The notes: a model not told the origin generated them from the sequence alone. A DNA stretch of 64,000 nucleotides from Thermodesulfobacteriota bacterium (GCA_040755455.1 JBFMAY010000018.1:3303-67302), one strand, 5' to 3'; shown: positions 17,594 through 27,984, counted from the stretch's first letter. Numbers and translations: made by a program.

Positions 17594-19619
17594 ATTGTTC
17601 TCCTGTCTCTGAAGGGGTTTTGCGTAAGGGCGGTTCGCCAACCGTCCCTGTCGGCACCGTATTTTCCTGAAAAAAACCGGATACCTCCTCAAGGGTTCTG
17701 ATGATCGGGCTGTCAGGCAGGCTTTTCAGAAAAAGACGGCCATAGTGTTTGCTGAACAGTCGGACATCCAGAATGGCCAGCAGGCCGGAGTCAGTGGATG
17801 AGCGCATCAGCCGGCCAAGCCCCTGGCGCAGGGTCAGGATGGCCCTGGGTATCTGGAAATCCACAAAGGGATTGCCGCCCGCTTCCCTGATTTTATTAAT
17901 CCGGGCCATGATAACAGGATCATTGGGAACTTCAAAGGGAAGCTTGTCAATGATCACGCAACTCAAGGTTTCACCCGGCACGTCCACCCCTTCCCAGAAA
18001 CTGGCAACCGCCAGCAGAACGGAATGGGTTTCGTTGCTGAAACGGTCAAGCAGGGTCTGTTTCGGCGCGCTGCCCTGCATGAAAATCGGGAAAGGCAGCC
18101 GCTCGGCGAGATAGTGAAAAACGTACTGCATGGCCTTGATGCTGGTAAAGAGCACCAGGGCCCGGCCCCGGGATGCCAGCAGGATGTCCAGGATGACGTG
18201 CTGCAGTTCTTTTAAGAAAGCAGGGGCGGCAGGTTCAGGCATAGTGGCCGGGACAAACAGCTTGGTCCGCCCGGCGTAGTCAAACGGCGAGGCCAGGCAC
18301 AGGCTTGTCGTTGTTGCCGGCAGACCGAGCCGTTCGAAAAAATAGCTGAAGTTGCCCCCGGTGGTCAGCGTGGCGGAGGTGAAAACAACTGTTTTGACCT
18401 CAGGGAATAACGATTTTTGCAGATCCTCGGCAATTTCTATGGGCGAGGCTGCAATGGCAACCGTCTTGTCGCGCCGCTCATACCAGTATACGGAGGAACG
18501 GCGCTGCTGCCCGGTAACGATCTGCAGATTTGCCAGCAGCTCCTGGGCCCGGCGCTGCATGCCGCTCCATATGTCGCTGCGCTGCGCCTGGGCGTCAAGC
18601 CGCGCGATGAGACCGGACAGGGATTCTGTCAGCAGCAGACACTCTTCCTCCCAGTTGCTTATCTTTTCCGCGGCCTCATTGAGGGGAAACCGGCCACGCT
18701 CCTCGGGGAATATGCGCAGGAAACGGACTGCGCTGCTGGCCAGTCCCTTGGCTGCGCTGGCAATTTTTGCAAGGGATTGATCAATAACGTTTTCCTGCAG
18801 CAGTTTTTCAAGATCCTGGGCCAGGTCAAGCAGCTGGAAGTGACTGACACTGTGGCCGAAATAGCGGGTGGCGATATTTTCGATGTGATGGGCCTCATCG
18901 AAAATAACCGATTCATATCGGGGCAGAACCTCGGCAAAGCCGAAACGCCGCAGGGCGAGATCCGAAAAAAAGAGATGGTGGTTGACGATCAACAGCTGGG
19001 TGCGGGCCGCTTTTTTGCGCAGCTGGTTGATGAAGCAGTCGGCACTGTCCGGACAGCTGGTCCCCAGACATTGACTGGAGGTGGCGCTCACCTCCCGCCA
19101 CAGGCTGGAATGGTCGGGCAGCCAGTCAAGTTCGGCTCGGTCGCCGGTGTGGGTTGTGGCGAGCCAGCCGGCAACGGCGTCCAGATGATCGTTGTCGAAC
19201 AGGGGCAGCTGGGGGGAGTTATAGAGCTGATGCCAGCGGTAGAGGCACAGATAGTTTTGCCGGCCCTTGACGCAGAGCGCGGAAAGCTGCGGGGCAATAT
19301 GTTCTTTGATAAAGGGGATCTCTTTGTTGAGAATCTGCTCCTGCAGGTTCAGGGTGCCGGTGGAAATCACCACCTTCTGGCCGCTCAATGTGGCCGGCAC
19401 AAGATAGGCGAGTGTCTTGCCGATGCCGGTTTCCGCCTCCACGGCAAGCATGCGGTCCGGGGGGGTGGACGTGGAAAAAGAGTCATCCACGGCAAAACTC
19501 TGGGCCACGGCCATGGCCATGGTCAGTTGTCCCGAGCGGGCTTCAAAGCCGGGCAGCTTCCTGCTGAGAATGCCCCCGGCAGAGAAAATTTCTTTGGTTT
19601 TATCAAGAAGTTCATCCAT
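17586..19619 (-). CDS. DinG/XPD(Rad3)-family ATP-dependent DNA helicase with a 4-Cys Fe-S insert
   Basis: Walker A-like AEAETGIGKT, DEAHH box, Cys cluster (CVKGRQNYLC ... CLGTSCPDSADC), C-terminal helicase motifs. ATG chosen at 19619 (MDELLDKTKEIF). Confidence 0.85.
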   Translation of the reverse strand: MDELLDKTKEIFSAGGILSRKLPGFEARSGQLTMAMAVAQSFAVDDSFSTSTPPDRMLAVEAETGIGKTLAYLVPATLSGQKVVISTGTLNLQEQILNKEIPFIKEHIAPQLSALCVKGRQNYLCLYRWHQLYNSPQLPLFDNDHLDAVAGWLATTHTGDRAELDWLPDHSSLWREVSATSSQCLGTSCPDSADCFINQLRKKAARTQLLIVNHHLFFSDLALRRFGFAEVLPRYESVIFDEAHHIENIATRYFGHSVSHFQLLDLAQDLEKLLQENVIDQSLAKIASAAKGLASSAVRFLRIFPEERGRFPLNEAAEKISNWEEECLLLTESLSGLIARLDAQAQRSDIWSGMQRRAQELLANLQIVTGQQRRSSVYWYERRDKTVAIAASPIEIAEDLQKSLFPEVKTVVFTSATLTTGGNFSYFFERLGLPATTTSLCLASPFDYAGRTKLFVPATMPEPAAPAFLKELQHVILDILLASRGRALVLFTSIKAMQYVFHYLAERLPFPIFMQGSAPKQTLLDRFSNETHSVLLAVASFWEGVDVPGETLSCVIIDKLPFEVPNDPVIMARINKIREAGGNPFVDFQIPRAILTLRQGLGRLMRSSTDSGLLAILDVRLFSKHYGRLFLKSLPDSPIIRTLEEVSGFFQENTVPTGTVGEPPLRKTPSETGEQCG

Positions 19620-19662
19620 GCTGATGTCAATCCTGCATGCTACATAACCGCAATAGGATAAA

Positions 19663-19688
19663 GATACAAAGAAAAAATACTTTGTATC
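19663..19688. promoter_or_regulatory. perfect 9-bp inverted repeat GATACAAAG-N8-CTTTGTATC in the divergent helicase/usp promoter region
   Basis: Read directly. Located 44 nt from the helicase ATG and 47 nt from the usp ATG. Confidence 0.4.
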
Positions 19689-19734
19689 TGAGCAACTTAT
19701 GACTAGAATAAAAGAAAAATGAGGAGGTGGGATT

Positions 19735-20178
19735 ATGCAAGTGAAAAAAATTTTGGTGCCGGTTGATTTCTCGGAAAATTCCAACCGTATTATCCAGTAC
19801 GGGGCGTATGTGGCCAAACAGTTTGGCGCGGAGATGGAGGCGATTTTCGTTGCCCAGACCTTTCAGGACTATTCGGAGTTTTTTGAGCCCCATATGCCGG
19901 TTATCCAGTTCGAGGAAGATCTTATCGCCAGTGCCAAGGAGAAGATGAAGTCCTTTCTGGCGGAATCACTTGAGCCTTCGGTGGTTTGTCGCGGGGTGGT
20001 CATGGCCGGCGATATTGCCGAGACGATTCTCGACTATGCCAAGGAGCAGCAGGTGGATTTAGTCGTCATGGGAACCCATGGCTACAAGGGACTGGAAAAG
20101 GTTCTTTTCGGCAGTATTGCCGAAAAGGTGGTCAAAAGGTCGCCGTGCCCGGTATTGACGATTAACCCTTACAGGTAG
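19735..20178 (+). CDS. universal stress protein (UspA family)
   Basis: KILVPVDFSENS, DLVVMGTHG and GS.AEKVV....CPVL motifs. GAGGAGG precedes the ATG. Confidence 0.9.
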   Translation: MQVKKILVPVDFSENSNRIIQYGAYVAKQFGAEMEAIFVAQTFQDYSEFFEPHMPVIQFEEDLIASAKEKMKSFLAESLEPSVVCRGVVMAGDIAETILDYAKEQQVDLVVMGTHGYKGLEKVLFGSIAEKVVKRSPCPVLTINPYR

Positions 20179-21283
20179 ATTTTCTGCTTGATTTCAGGGC
20201 AATGATCCCCATGGGGCTGCCAGTTGCGGCCTGGGGCTGAACCGTTGTTTTACAGACATGGCCCAGTAGGCGCGTCAGGCTCTCGTTGCAGAGATACACT
20301 TCAAGATGGGGCTCAGCGGGGCAATTTCCCCCTTGCCCTGGCTTGGCGGCGGGTTGGCCCCATGCCATGCAGCCGTTGAATATCTTAGTCCATGCCGCGG
20401 CAAGAACAGAGAAGTTCTTCAGGGTATCCGGCGTTGCGCCCTTTGCCGCTGTATCTGCCAGCAGAGAGCTGAATCCTGCCAGGGTGTCTTGCGCCTCCTC
20501 CCTGAATGCCGCCCTGGCATGGAGATAGGCCTCAAGTTCCATTTCATCACTGGCGGGCAAAGGGATACGAAAGAGGCGCACCGGCCTCTTTTGTGTCAAT
20601 GTCTCGTTCGCATCAAAGAGAAGTTCAGCCGCATCACTCTGACCGCTGACCAGGATTGGGTAATTGTTGCGCCGTCTGTCGGCCAGAAAGAGTTTTGCCC
20701 AGGCCTTGACAAGAATTTCCGGCCTGACCGGCAACCGGCTTTCCATTTGCTGGAAAGGGGCAAGAGAGAATGGGATTTCCGGTTCACCTTTCAGAACCTC
20801 AAAAAGTTCCAGCTCTTTGCGGGAAATCGCTGACAGTTCCTTTTGTAACTCCTGCTCCTCCTGATAGAGGATTTCTGCAAGCTTGAGCAGCAGGCGGGCC
20901 TCCCACAGGCCTTCTGTGGCGGCAGCCTGGGCCATGGTATCATCTGCCGAGGGTTTGCCGCCAATTGCCTGAATCAGGCTTTTAACCGATTGTTCGTCGC
21001 GTTTTCGCGCGTTTTCTGCAGTAATGGCGGAAAGGTGGCCGCTGTAAAATTCTGCTTCATTTCCTTTGAGCTCTCTGATAAGTTGTCGGAACCGGTCCAG
21101 GTCGCCCTGAAAGGGGACCGGCGCATATCCTTCACAGAGCTTGGACGCTGTCTCATCTGTGGTTGATTCGTCAGCTTCTGCAGCAAGGTAGTTGCAGATT
21201 TTGTCAAAGAAAACGAGTTCCTGGCTCACTTGCCGGGTGCTGATCGAGGTCTGGGGAAAATACAGGGCAGTTAATGGCGGCAT
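20162..21283 (-). CDS. hypothetical cytoplasmic protein, no family recognised
   Basis: 373-aa ORF with no signal peptide and a central coiled-coil (LLLKLAEILYQEEQELQKELSAISRKELELFEVL). The 3-prime end overlaps the usp 3-prime end by 17 nt. Confidence 0.55.
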   Translation of the reverse strand: MPPLTALYFPQTSISTRQVSQELVFFDKICNYLAAEADESTTDETASKLCEGYAPVPFQGDLDRFRQLIRELKGNEAEFYSGHLSAITAENARKRDEQSVKSLIQAIGGKPSADDTMAQAAATEGLWEARLLLKLAEILYQEEQELQKELSAISRKELELFEVLKGEPEIPFSLAPFQQMESRLPVRPEILVKAWAKLFLADRRRNNYPILVSGQSDAAELLFDANETLTQKRPVRLFRIPLPASDEMELEAYLHARAAFREEAQDTLAGFSSLLADTAAKGATPDTLKNFSVLAAAWTKIFNGCMAWGQPAAKPGQGGNCPAEPHLEVYLCNESLTRLLGHVCKTTVQPQAATGSPMGIIALKSSRKSTCKG

Positions 21284-21527
21284 AATCTATATAAAAAGTC
21301 TGAAATTGGCTGGTTGCGTTAAAAGTCATTGCCGCGAAAAAAATGTTGTGACAATAACCCAATGTACTGATTTGCACTTTACGCTGCTCTTTGTATTTTG
21401 GCAAGAGTGGTAAATCGTTGTAATGCAATAACTGAAAAATCGCCATACTGTTATCGACAAGGGGCAGGAACGAAATGGTTGGAGAGGAAATGGTTATTTC
21501 GCAACGGCCCCTAAACCTTAAAACGGC

Positions 21528-21827
21528 ATGAGTCTCATGAGCACAAAAGAAAAAATTTCTCTGTTTCTGCTTATCGCTGTTTATCTGCTGGTTACCGTCA
21601 GATATTTCCCGAACCGGCCAATGGAAACCCTTGCGGCCACGATGAGCCATCTGCTTGAATCCGTTCCCTATATTATTGCGGCGACCATAGTGGTGGTTTC
21701 GGTGATACAAAAGGTGGTCGGGCAAAAAATGCCGCGCAACAGCATAGCCAGAATCTATCTGACCTTTGGTCTGATTGCCGAGTTTTTCTTCGGCATGTAT
21801 CATTATCTCAATCAGGGGCAGATATAG
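21528..21827 (+). CDS. small membrane protein (about three hydrophobic helices), hypothetical
   Basis: 99-aa ORF with clear TM-like segments (ISLFLLIAVYLLVTV, YIIAATIVVVSVI, IYLTFGLIAEFFFGMY). The competing antisense ORF 21204-21803 looks non-protein-like. No convincing SD. Confidence 0.4.
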   Translation: MSLMSTKEKISLFLLIAVYLLVTVRYFPNRPMETLAATMSHLLESVPYIIAATIVVVSVIQKVVGQKMPRNSIARIYLTFGLIAEFFFGMYHYLNQGQI

Positions 21828-21952
21828 CGGAGTAAGAGTGCCTGAAGCGCGTAAGATGTCTAAAGTACTTGAAGTTGCGGTACTATCTGATTAGATATTT
21901 TCATTAATTTTAGGCATGTTAAGTACTGCAAGTATTTTAGGCACTTCAGAGA

Positions 21953-22822
21953 TTATTTGACGGTCACCGGGTATTTGTGCTTCAGTTCTTCAACCAGTTG
22001 CTTTAATGCCTTTTCGTTGCGGTCGGCTTTGAGCCTGGCCTCGATTTCTTTACTGACCTGCTCCAGGGGCAGTTTTTCCGGCGCCTTTCTGTCCAGGACA
22101 TGGATCAGATGCCAACCGAAACTTGTCTGCACCGGCGGGCTGGTTTCACCGGGCTTGGTGGAAAAAGCCGCGTCTTCAAATTCTTTGACCATCTGCCCCC
22201 TGCCGAAATAACCGACATTGCCGCTCCTGTTTTTCGATCCCGGATCTTCTGAAAACTGTTCGGCAAGCGTGGAAAAGGACTCGCCGTTTTTCAGTTTATC
22301 CTGAATCATCTCAATGGATTTTCTGGCCTTTTCCTTGTCTTCCGCGCTGGCATCCGCCTCTGTGCGGATGAGGATATGCTGGGCCTGCACCTGTTCGCCC
22401 TGTTCGAATTCGCCGCTGTTTTTCCCGTAATAGGAAGCGATTTCTTCCTTGGGGACAGGCGCCTGGATATCAAGACGTTTGCTGATGAGCGTTTCCACCA
22501 GCACCCTGTTTTTCATCTCATCAATTTTAAGCATTACCAGGGGGTCCTGGTCAATTTTGGCGGAAAGTGCTTCCTGGACGATGAGGTTGATTTCAACCCA
22601 GCGGTTGATCAGCTCTTTTTTCATCTGGTCATTGGAGCGCAGCATGACCTGAATCTGGGGGGGCATCAGGTCGATCATCATGTCAAGCCGGGAGGATGTC
22701 AGTCTGCTGTCACCGACCTGGGCCAGAACGTCATCGGGTTTGGGAAGATTTTCCGCCATGAGCAGGCTGGGCGAGAACAGCACGAAGAAAGTACCGATGA
22801 GCAGAATTTTGCGTGTAAACAT
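21953..22822 (-). CDS. parvulin-type peptidyl-prolyl cis-trans isomerase (SurA/PrsA-like, periplasmic)
   Basis: Signal peptide, then a PpiC domain with AQHILI, GG.VGYF..GQMV..FE.AAF and S.FGWHLI. Confidence 0.88.
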   Translation of the reverse strand: MFTRKILLIGTFFVLFSPSLLMAENLPKPDDVLAQVGDSRLTSSRLDMMIDLMPPQIQVMLRSNDQMKKELINRWVEINLIVQEALSAKIDQDPLVMLKIDEMKNRVLVETLISKRLDIQAPVPKEEIASYYGKNSGEFEQGEQVQAQHILIRTEADASAEDKEKARKSIEMIQDKLKNGESFSTLAEQFSEDPGSKNRSGNVGYFGRGQMVKEFEDAAFSTKPGETSPPVQTSFGWHLIHVLDRKAPEKLPLEQVSKEIEARLKADRNEKALKQLVEELKHKYPVTVK

Positions 22823-22893
22823 GAAGACCCCTCAACAAAGTATGGAAGATGGCGATTGAAAATCAGGACGAAAGGCCAGCTGCAACCATTCAA

Positions 22894-23691
22894 TCACCTG
22901 ATGAGACTGTTATTTTCATGCAGCCCGGATGGTGCGGTGGTGTTTGGCAGCAGAAGGGACTTTTTGCCGAGCAGGGTCCCCGGGTTGGTCACCGAATTGC
23001 AGCCGGTTTGCACCAAGTCCGCCAGGATGGCCCCGAATTTCCGTAAGCCTGAATCAACAGGACCGTTTGGGGTTCTGATTCTGACATTGCCGGGGGCGAA
23101 ACGGAGGTTGGCCAGTTTGGTCCCGGCTCCGAGATTAACCTCGTTGCCCAGTATGCTGTCGCCTAGATAGGCAAAGTGTCCGGCCTTGGCATCGTCCATA
23201 AAAATGGAGTGTTTCACTTCCGTGACATGGCCGACGACACATCTTCTGCCAATCAGGCAGTAGCCACGCAGATAGGCGCCCTGTCTGATTTCCGTCATGT
23301 CGCCGATGATGGTCGGTGAGGCGATAAAGGCGCCGGGCTCCACTTTTACCCCTTTGCCGAATTGTATCTTGTCGCCGACCAGGACGGTTCCCGCCATGAT
23401 GACGCTGGCTCCGGCAAGCAGCTCTTTGCCCCTGAACACCTTCAGCTTGCCTTTGGTGGCGTCTCCGTACTCGATTGTCAGCCCATGCCCATCCAGGAAA
23501 ACATTATCATAGTAGACAAGGGTTTTGAGCAAAGGTTCGTTTTTTTTTATATCATCCGGCAGGGCAGGATAGTGCAGGCTCTCCATATAGGATTTAAGTT
23601 TTTTGAGCCCGTCCCAGACGTATTCGGCTGAGGAAAAAATTTCACCGTGTTCAAAGAGGGAGAGGTCGAAAAAAGAGGCTGGGTTCAGCAT
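22894..23691 (-). CDS. left-handed beta-helix (hexapeptide repeat) transferase-like protein, GlmU C-terminal-like
   Basis: Repeated [LIV]-G-x-x-x-x hexapeptide register (IIGDMTEIRQGAYLRGYCLIGRRCVVGHVTEVKHSIF, LGDSILGNEVNLGAGTKLAN). Confidence 0.7.
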   Translation of the reverse strand: MLNPASFFDLSLFEHGEIFSSAEYVWDGLKKLKSYMESLHYPALPDDIKKNEPLLKTLVYYDNVFLDGHGLTIEYGDATKGKLKVFRGKELLAGASVIMAGTVLVGDKIQFGKGVKVEPGAFIASPTIIGDMTEIRQGAYLRGYCLIGRRCVVGHVTEVKHSIFMDDAKAGHFAYLGDSILGNEVNLGAGTKLANLRFAPGNVRIRTPNGPVDSGLRKFGAILADLVQTGCNSVTNPGTLLGKKSLLLPNTTAPSGLHENNSLIR

Positions 23692-23927
23692 AGGATCATG
23701 TCATCTCCATTGGTATTTAAGGTTTTTTGCCATGGCATATAATGGAGCAAATCGCAATTAAGTTCAACAGATTTTCTATAAAAAGACGGCGGCAGGCATT
23801 GGCTTTACTTGACTTAACAGGGCGCAATGTTTAGTGTAAAAACCTTGGCAAAAATGGTAGAGTAGTGACGTTATGTCAGCTTTATTGACTGGCATCTTAC
23901 TTTTTATAGGCTGAAGGGAGGTATCCT

Positions 23928-26297
23928 GTGCAAAATGATGATCAGATCCATCACGACAAGGATGAAATGACAGACATTGAAGAGCCGGAAATCCCGGAGA
24001 TATTGCCGATGATGGCTGTTAGGGATGTGGTCATCTTCAATTATATGATTATTCCCCTTTTTGTCGGAAGGCCGGCATCCGTCAATGCCATCCAGGAGGC
24101 CCTGGCCGGCGATAAGCTGCTGCTCTTGGTCACCCAGAAGGATTCCACCATCGATGAGCCGGGGCAGGATGATATTTACAAGGTGGGAATGGTCTGCATG
24201 ATCATGAGGACCTTGAAGCTGCCCGATGGCAGGCTGAAAGTGCTGGTGCAGGCCCTGCATAAGGCACGGGTGAAAAAGATCGTGCAGGAAGTGCCCCATT
24301 TCACCGCCAAGGTGGAGCTTTTCCCTGAAGAAAAAAGTGCCCCAGTGTCGGTTGAAACCGAGGCGCTGATGCGGACCGTGCGGGAGCAGACCGAAAAGAT
24401 CCTGTCGCTGAAGGGTGTTGTTTCCTCCGAGCTGATGGTCATTCTCAACGAAATCGAGGAGCCTGGGAGACTGGCGGATCTGGTGGTGTCCAACTTGCGT
24501 CTGAAGACAGCGGAGTCGCAGCTGGTTCTTGAAACGATTGAGGCCATTGACCGCCTGAAAAAGGTGGCTGAATTTCTCAACAAGGAACTGGAAGTTTCCA
24601 CCATGCAGGCCAAGATCCAGTCCGAGGCCAAGGAGGAGATGGGCAAGACCCAGCGCGAGTATTTCCTGCGGGAGCAGCTCCAGGCGCTGAAAAAGGAGCT
24701 TGGCGATATCGATGACAAGTCGGAAGAAATCGAAGAGCTGCGGGTGAAGATCGAAAAGGCCAGAATGCCTTCCGGCGTCAAGAAGGAAAGCCTAAAGCAG
24801 CTGAAGCGGCTGGAAATGATGCACCCTGACGCCTCGGAGGCGACCATCGTCCGCACCTATCTTGACTGGATGCTCGATGTGCCCTGGCGCAAAAGCACCA
24901 AGGATTTTCTTGATCTGAAGTTGGCCCGGCAGGTTCTTGATGAGGATCATCACGGACTGGAAAAGGTAAAGGAGCGTATTCTCGAATATCTGGCGGTGCG
25001 CAAGCTCAACCGGGCAACCAAGGGCCCTATTCTCTGTTTTGTCGGCCCTCCGGGCGTGGGCAAGACCTCACTGGGCAAATCAATAGCACGAGCCATGGGC
25101 CGGAAGTTCTACCGCCTTTCCCTGGGCGGCATGCGGGATGAGGCCGAGATCCGCGGCCATCGGCGCACCTATATCGGCGCCATGCCGGGCCGTATCATCC
25201 AGGGGCTGAAGATTGTCGGCTCGAACAACCCCGTTTTCATGATGGATGAGATTGATAAGGTCGGATCGGATTATCGGGGCGATCCATCCTCGGCGCTGCT
25301 TGAGGTGCTTGATCCGGAGCAGAATTTTGAGTTTTCCGATCATTATCTCAATCAACCTTTTGATCTGTCCAAGGTCATGTTTATTACCACCGCCAATGTG
25401 ATCGACACCATTCCCGGCCCGTTGCTCGACCGCATGGAGCTTATCCGTCTTTCAGGCTATACCCTGGAGGAAAAAATGGTTATTGCCAAACGCTATCTAG
25501 TGCCGCGGCAGCTGCAGCAAAATGGCATTCAGGACAAGTATTTCAGTATTGATGATGAAACCTTGAGCCTCATCATCACCAACTTCACCAAGGAGGCGGG
25601 CCTGCGCAATCTTGAACGGGAGATCGGCAAGGTCTGCCGCAAGGTGGCGCGACGGGTGGCAGAAGGCGGGAAGGGGCCTTACGCGGTTAACAAGCGAACC
25701 CTCAACAAATATCTCGGGCCGCCCAAATTCCAGCCGGAAGCGGAGATTGATGTTATTGATCAGCCCGGGCTGGCCACCGGTTTAGCCTGGACCGAGGTTG
25801 GCGGCGAGATTCTTTATGTTGAGGTTTCTCTGCTGAAGGGCAAAGGTGGCCTGACTCTTACCGGCCAGCTTGGCGATGTGATGAAGGAGTCGGCCCAGGC
25901 GGCAATGACCGTCTGTCGTTCCCGTCTGGAAAAGCTTGGCAAGGGTGAGAACTATTTTGATGAGATTGATGTCCATGTGCATGTGCCGGCCGGCGCCATT
26001 CCAAAAGACGGGCCGTCCGCCGGGGTGACGATTGTTGCTGCGCTTTATTCGGCTTTAATCGGCAAGAAGGTGCGGCAGGACGTTGCCATGACCGGGGAGA
26101 TAACCCTGCGCGGCCGGGTGCTGCCCATCGGCGGCCTAAAGGAAAAGGCCCTTGCTGCCCTGCGCGCTAAAATCACCACAGTGATTATTCCCGAGCAGAA
26201 CAAGACCGATCTGGTGGAGATTCCCAAGGATCTGCGGGATCAGATCAATTTTGTGCCGGTGAAAAATGTTGATCAGCTACTGGCCAAGATTTTTTGA
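23928..26297 (+). CDS. lon: ATP-dependent Lon protease
   Basis: LON N-domain ([23 protein letters not shown]), Walker [10 protein letters not shown], Walker B FMMDEIDK, protease serine motif KDGPSAG. GTG start at 23928 with AGGGAGG upstream. Confidence 0.95.
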   Translation: MQNDDQIHHDKDEMTDIEEPEIPEILPMMAVRDVVIFNYMIIPLFVGRPASVNAIQEALAGDKLLLLVTQKDSTIDEPGQDDIYKVGMVCMIMRTLKLPDGRLKVLVQALHKARVKKIVQEVPHFTAKVELFPEEKSAPVSVETEALMRTVREQTEKILSLKGVVSSELMVILNEIEEPGRLADLVVSNLRLKTAESQLVLETIEAIDRLKKVAEFLNKELEVSTMQAKIQSEAKEEMGKTQREYFLREQLQALKKELGDIDDKSEEIEELRVKIEKARMPSGVKKESLKQLKRLEMMHPDASEATIVRTYLDWMLDVPWRKSTKDFLDLKLARQVLDEDHHGLEKVKERILEYLAVRKLNRATKGPILCFVGPPGVGKTSLGKSIARAMGRKFYRLSLGGMRDEAEIRGHRRTYIGAMPGRIIQGLKIVGSNNPVFMMDEIDKVGSDYRGDPSSALLEVLDPEQNFEFSDHYLNQPFDLSKVMFITTANVIDTIPGPLLDRMELIRLSGYTLEEKMVIAKRYLVPRQLQQNGIQDKYFSIDDETLSLIITNFTKEAGLRNLEREIGKVCRKVARRVAEGGKGPYAVNKRTLNKYLGPPKFQPEAEIDVIDQPGLATGLAWTEVGGEILYVEVSLLKGKGGLTLTGQLGDVMKESAQAAMTVCRSRLEKLGKGENYFDEIDVHVHVPAGAIPKDGPSAGVTIVAALYSALIGKKVRQDVAMTGEITLRGRVLPIGGLKEKALAALRAKITTVIIPEQNKTDLVEIPKDLRDQINFVPVKNVDQLLAKIF

Positions 26298-26327
26298 GTA
26301 TATTCCATTTCGTGATGCGGGATTGAG

Positions 26328-27461
26328 GTGAAAGACGGCGACCAGGGCAAGCAGGTTCATAGCGATGGACCTGCAACGTGGATAAGGCAAGGACGACGCC
26401 ATTGGCGGAAATGGCTTGTCCTGGCCTTGCTTGTTGTTCTCGCCGTCCCGGTGGGTTATCGTCTGTGGGTGTCGTCATACGCATCTTCTGTGCCGCAATA
26501 CGGCGGCGGCGGGCATGAGCCCATTGTTGTTTATATTCCCCCTGACAGCGGTTTTGCCGCGATCAAGCAAGCCCTGATTGACCGCCAGGTTATTGATGAC
26601 GATATTCGTTTTGGACTGCTGGCACGCAGGATGGGTGCAGTCGGCAAATTGCAGGCCGGGGAATATTGCTTTACGGCGGATCTCTCCCATCAGGCAATTA
26701 TTGAAAAACTTGCCAGGGGAGAGGTTTCCTATCGTCCGTTAACCGTTCCGGAAGGGTTCAATATCTTTCAGATTGGCGATCTGCTGGCAAGCGGTTTCGG
26801 TTATGATCGCAACGACTTTCTGCGCCAGGTGCAGGATGCGAAGCTTATTAAGTCGGTGGGGCTCGACGTCCCCTCTCTGGAAGGATACCTGTTCCCTGAT
26901 ACCTATTTTGTCACCAGGGGCCAGATGCTTAATGAGATTGTCGCCATGATGGTGCATCGTTTTAACAAGGTTTATAACGAAATTTCCAAGCAGAATCAGG
27001 GGGCCAGCCCGTCAGTACCCCAGGCTGTTTCTCGCCATGAAATTGTCATTCTGGCCTCTATTGTGGAAAAAGAAACCGCCCTGCCGGATGAACGGCCCCT
27101 GATCGCCGCTGTTTTTCTCAACCGGCTCAAAAACAATATGAAATTACAGGCTGATCCCACCGTCATCTATGGTATTGCTGATTTCAATGGCAACATCACC
27201 CGGCAGGACCTGATAACGCCTTCTCCTTACAATACCTATACCAAAACAGGGTTGCCGGCGGGACCCATCGCCAATCCGGGCAAGGAATCACTGGTTGCCG
27301 TGCTGCATCCGGCTGCTACCGGTTATTTGTATTTTGTCGCGCAAAACGATGGCAGTCATTTTTTTTCGAGTACCCTGGAGGAACATAACAGGGCGGTGAT
27401 CCGTTTTCAGAAGCAAAGAAGATTGTCAGCCCAAGAACCAGCTATGGGGGAAAAACAGTGA
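26328..27461 (+). CDS. mltG: endolytic murein transglycosylase MltG (YceG family)
   Basis: N-terminal TM, LTVPEG, LASIVEKE, FLNRL...M.LQADPTV.Y and YNTY...GLP.GPI.NPG motifs. Confidence 0.88.
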   Translation: MKDGDQGKQVHSDGPATWIRQGRRHWRKWLVLALLVVLAVPVGYRLWVSSYASSVPQYGGGGHEPIVVYIPPDSGFAAIKQALIDRQVIDDDIRFGLLARRMGAVGKLQAGEYCFTADLSHQAIIEKLARGEVSYRPLTVPEGFNIFQIGDLLASGFGYDRNDFLRQVQDAKLIKSVGLDVPSLEGYLFPDTYFVTRGQMLNEIVAMMVHRFNKVYNEISKQNQGASPSVPQAVSRHEIVILASIVEKETALPDERPLIAAVFLNRLKNNMKLQADPTVIYGIADFNGNITRQDLITPSPYNTYTKTGLPAGPIANPGKESLVAVLHPAATGYLYFVAQNDGSHFFSSTLEEHNRAVIRFQKQRRLSAQEPAMGEKQ

Positions 27462-27519
27462 ATCAGTTATGGGATAACAGCATCATAATGTTTAAAAAAG
27501 TTTCAGGCGGAGGGTGGTA

Positions 27520-27957
27520 ATGGCAAAAGCGGAATTGACGGACAGAAGGCTGCGCAATCAGCGCGGTTTTTCCCTAATGGAGTTGATGATTGTTATGGTC
27601 ATACTTGGCCTGCTGGCCTCGCTGGTCGGCCCGACAATGTTTAAAAAGCTGGGCACGGCAAAGCAGAAAACAGCAAAGACCCAGATCGGCATGCTGATGG
27701 CGGCATTGGATGCCTACCGTCTGGATATCGGCCATTATCCTTCCCAGCAGGAAGGTCTCGACTCGCTGGCGGTCAACCCGGGTGAAGATAAATGGGATGG
27801 TCCCTATTTGAAGAAAGGGGTGCCGCTTGATCCGTGGGATAACGAATACCACTATCAGAACCCCGGTGAGCATGGGGAGGTGGATATCTATTCTCTTGGT
27901 GCTGACAACAGAGAGGGTGGGGAAAAGGAAAATGCGGATGTGGGCAGCTGGGAATAG
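27520..27957 (+). CDS. gspG: type II secretion major pseudopilin GspG-type protein (orphan in this window)
   Basis: Prepilin leader ending RG/FSLMELMIVMVILGLLASLV, then GspG-like core Q...L..AL..YRLD.G.YP....GL..L, W.GPYL, DPW.N.Y.Y..PGEHGE.DIYSLGADN..GG. No other gsp genes are nearby. Confidence 0.85.
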   Translation: MAKAELTDRRLRNQRGFSLMELMIVMVILGLLASLVGPTMFKKLGTAKQKTAKTQIGMLMAALDAYRLDIGHYPSQQEGLDSLAVNPGEDKWDGPYLKKGVPLDPWDNEYHYQNPGEHGEVDIYSLGADNREGGEKENADVGSWE

Positions 27958-27984
27958 CGCCCATGCGCTATTCCCAGGTTTTTT
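27948..27984 (+). terminator. rho-independent terminator after gspG, shared tail-to-tail with the cytochrome gene
   Basis: 13-bp perfect stem CTGGGAATAGCGC / GCGCTATTCCCAG with loop CCAT, followed by GTTTTTT. Confidence 0.8.

Noticed and set aside
16712-19661. Long plus-strand ORFs (16712-17701, 329 aa; 18417-19661, 414 aa) opposite the polyprenyl synthase and DinG-like helicase genes
   Set aside because: The minus-strand frames carry DDxxD and DEAHH/Fe-S helicase motifs. The plus-strand translations are Gly/Ala/Gln-rich and motif-free.
21204-21803. 199-aa minus-strand ORF between the orphan protein and the PPIase gene
   Set aside because: The sequence is His/Arg/Asn-rich and not protein-like, and its 3-prime end overlaps the start of the 373-aa gene. 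The plus-strand 99-aa ORF with clear TM helices is the more plausible, though still weak, coding candidate.
21838-21950. Short repeats (ATTTTAGGCA twice; GTACT three times) in the convergent spacer between the small membrane ORF and the PPIase gene
   Set aside because: They are short and AT-rich, with no stable hairpin or extended dyad. They are most likely incidental sequence in a 3-prime/3-prime spacer.
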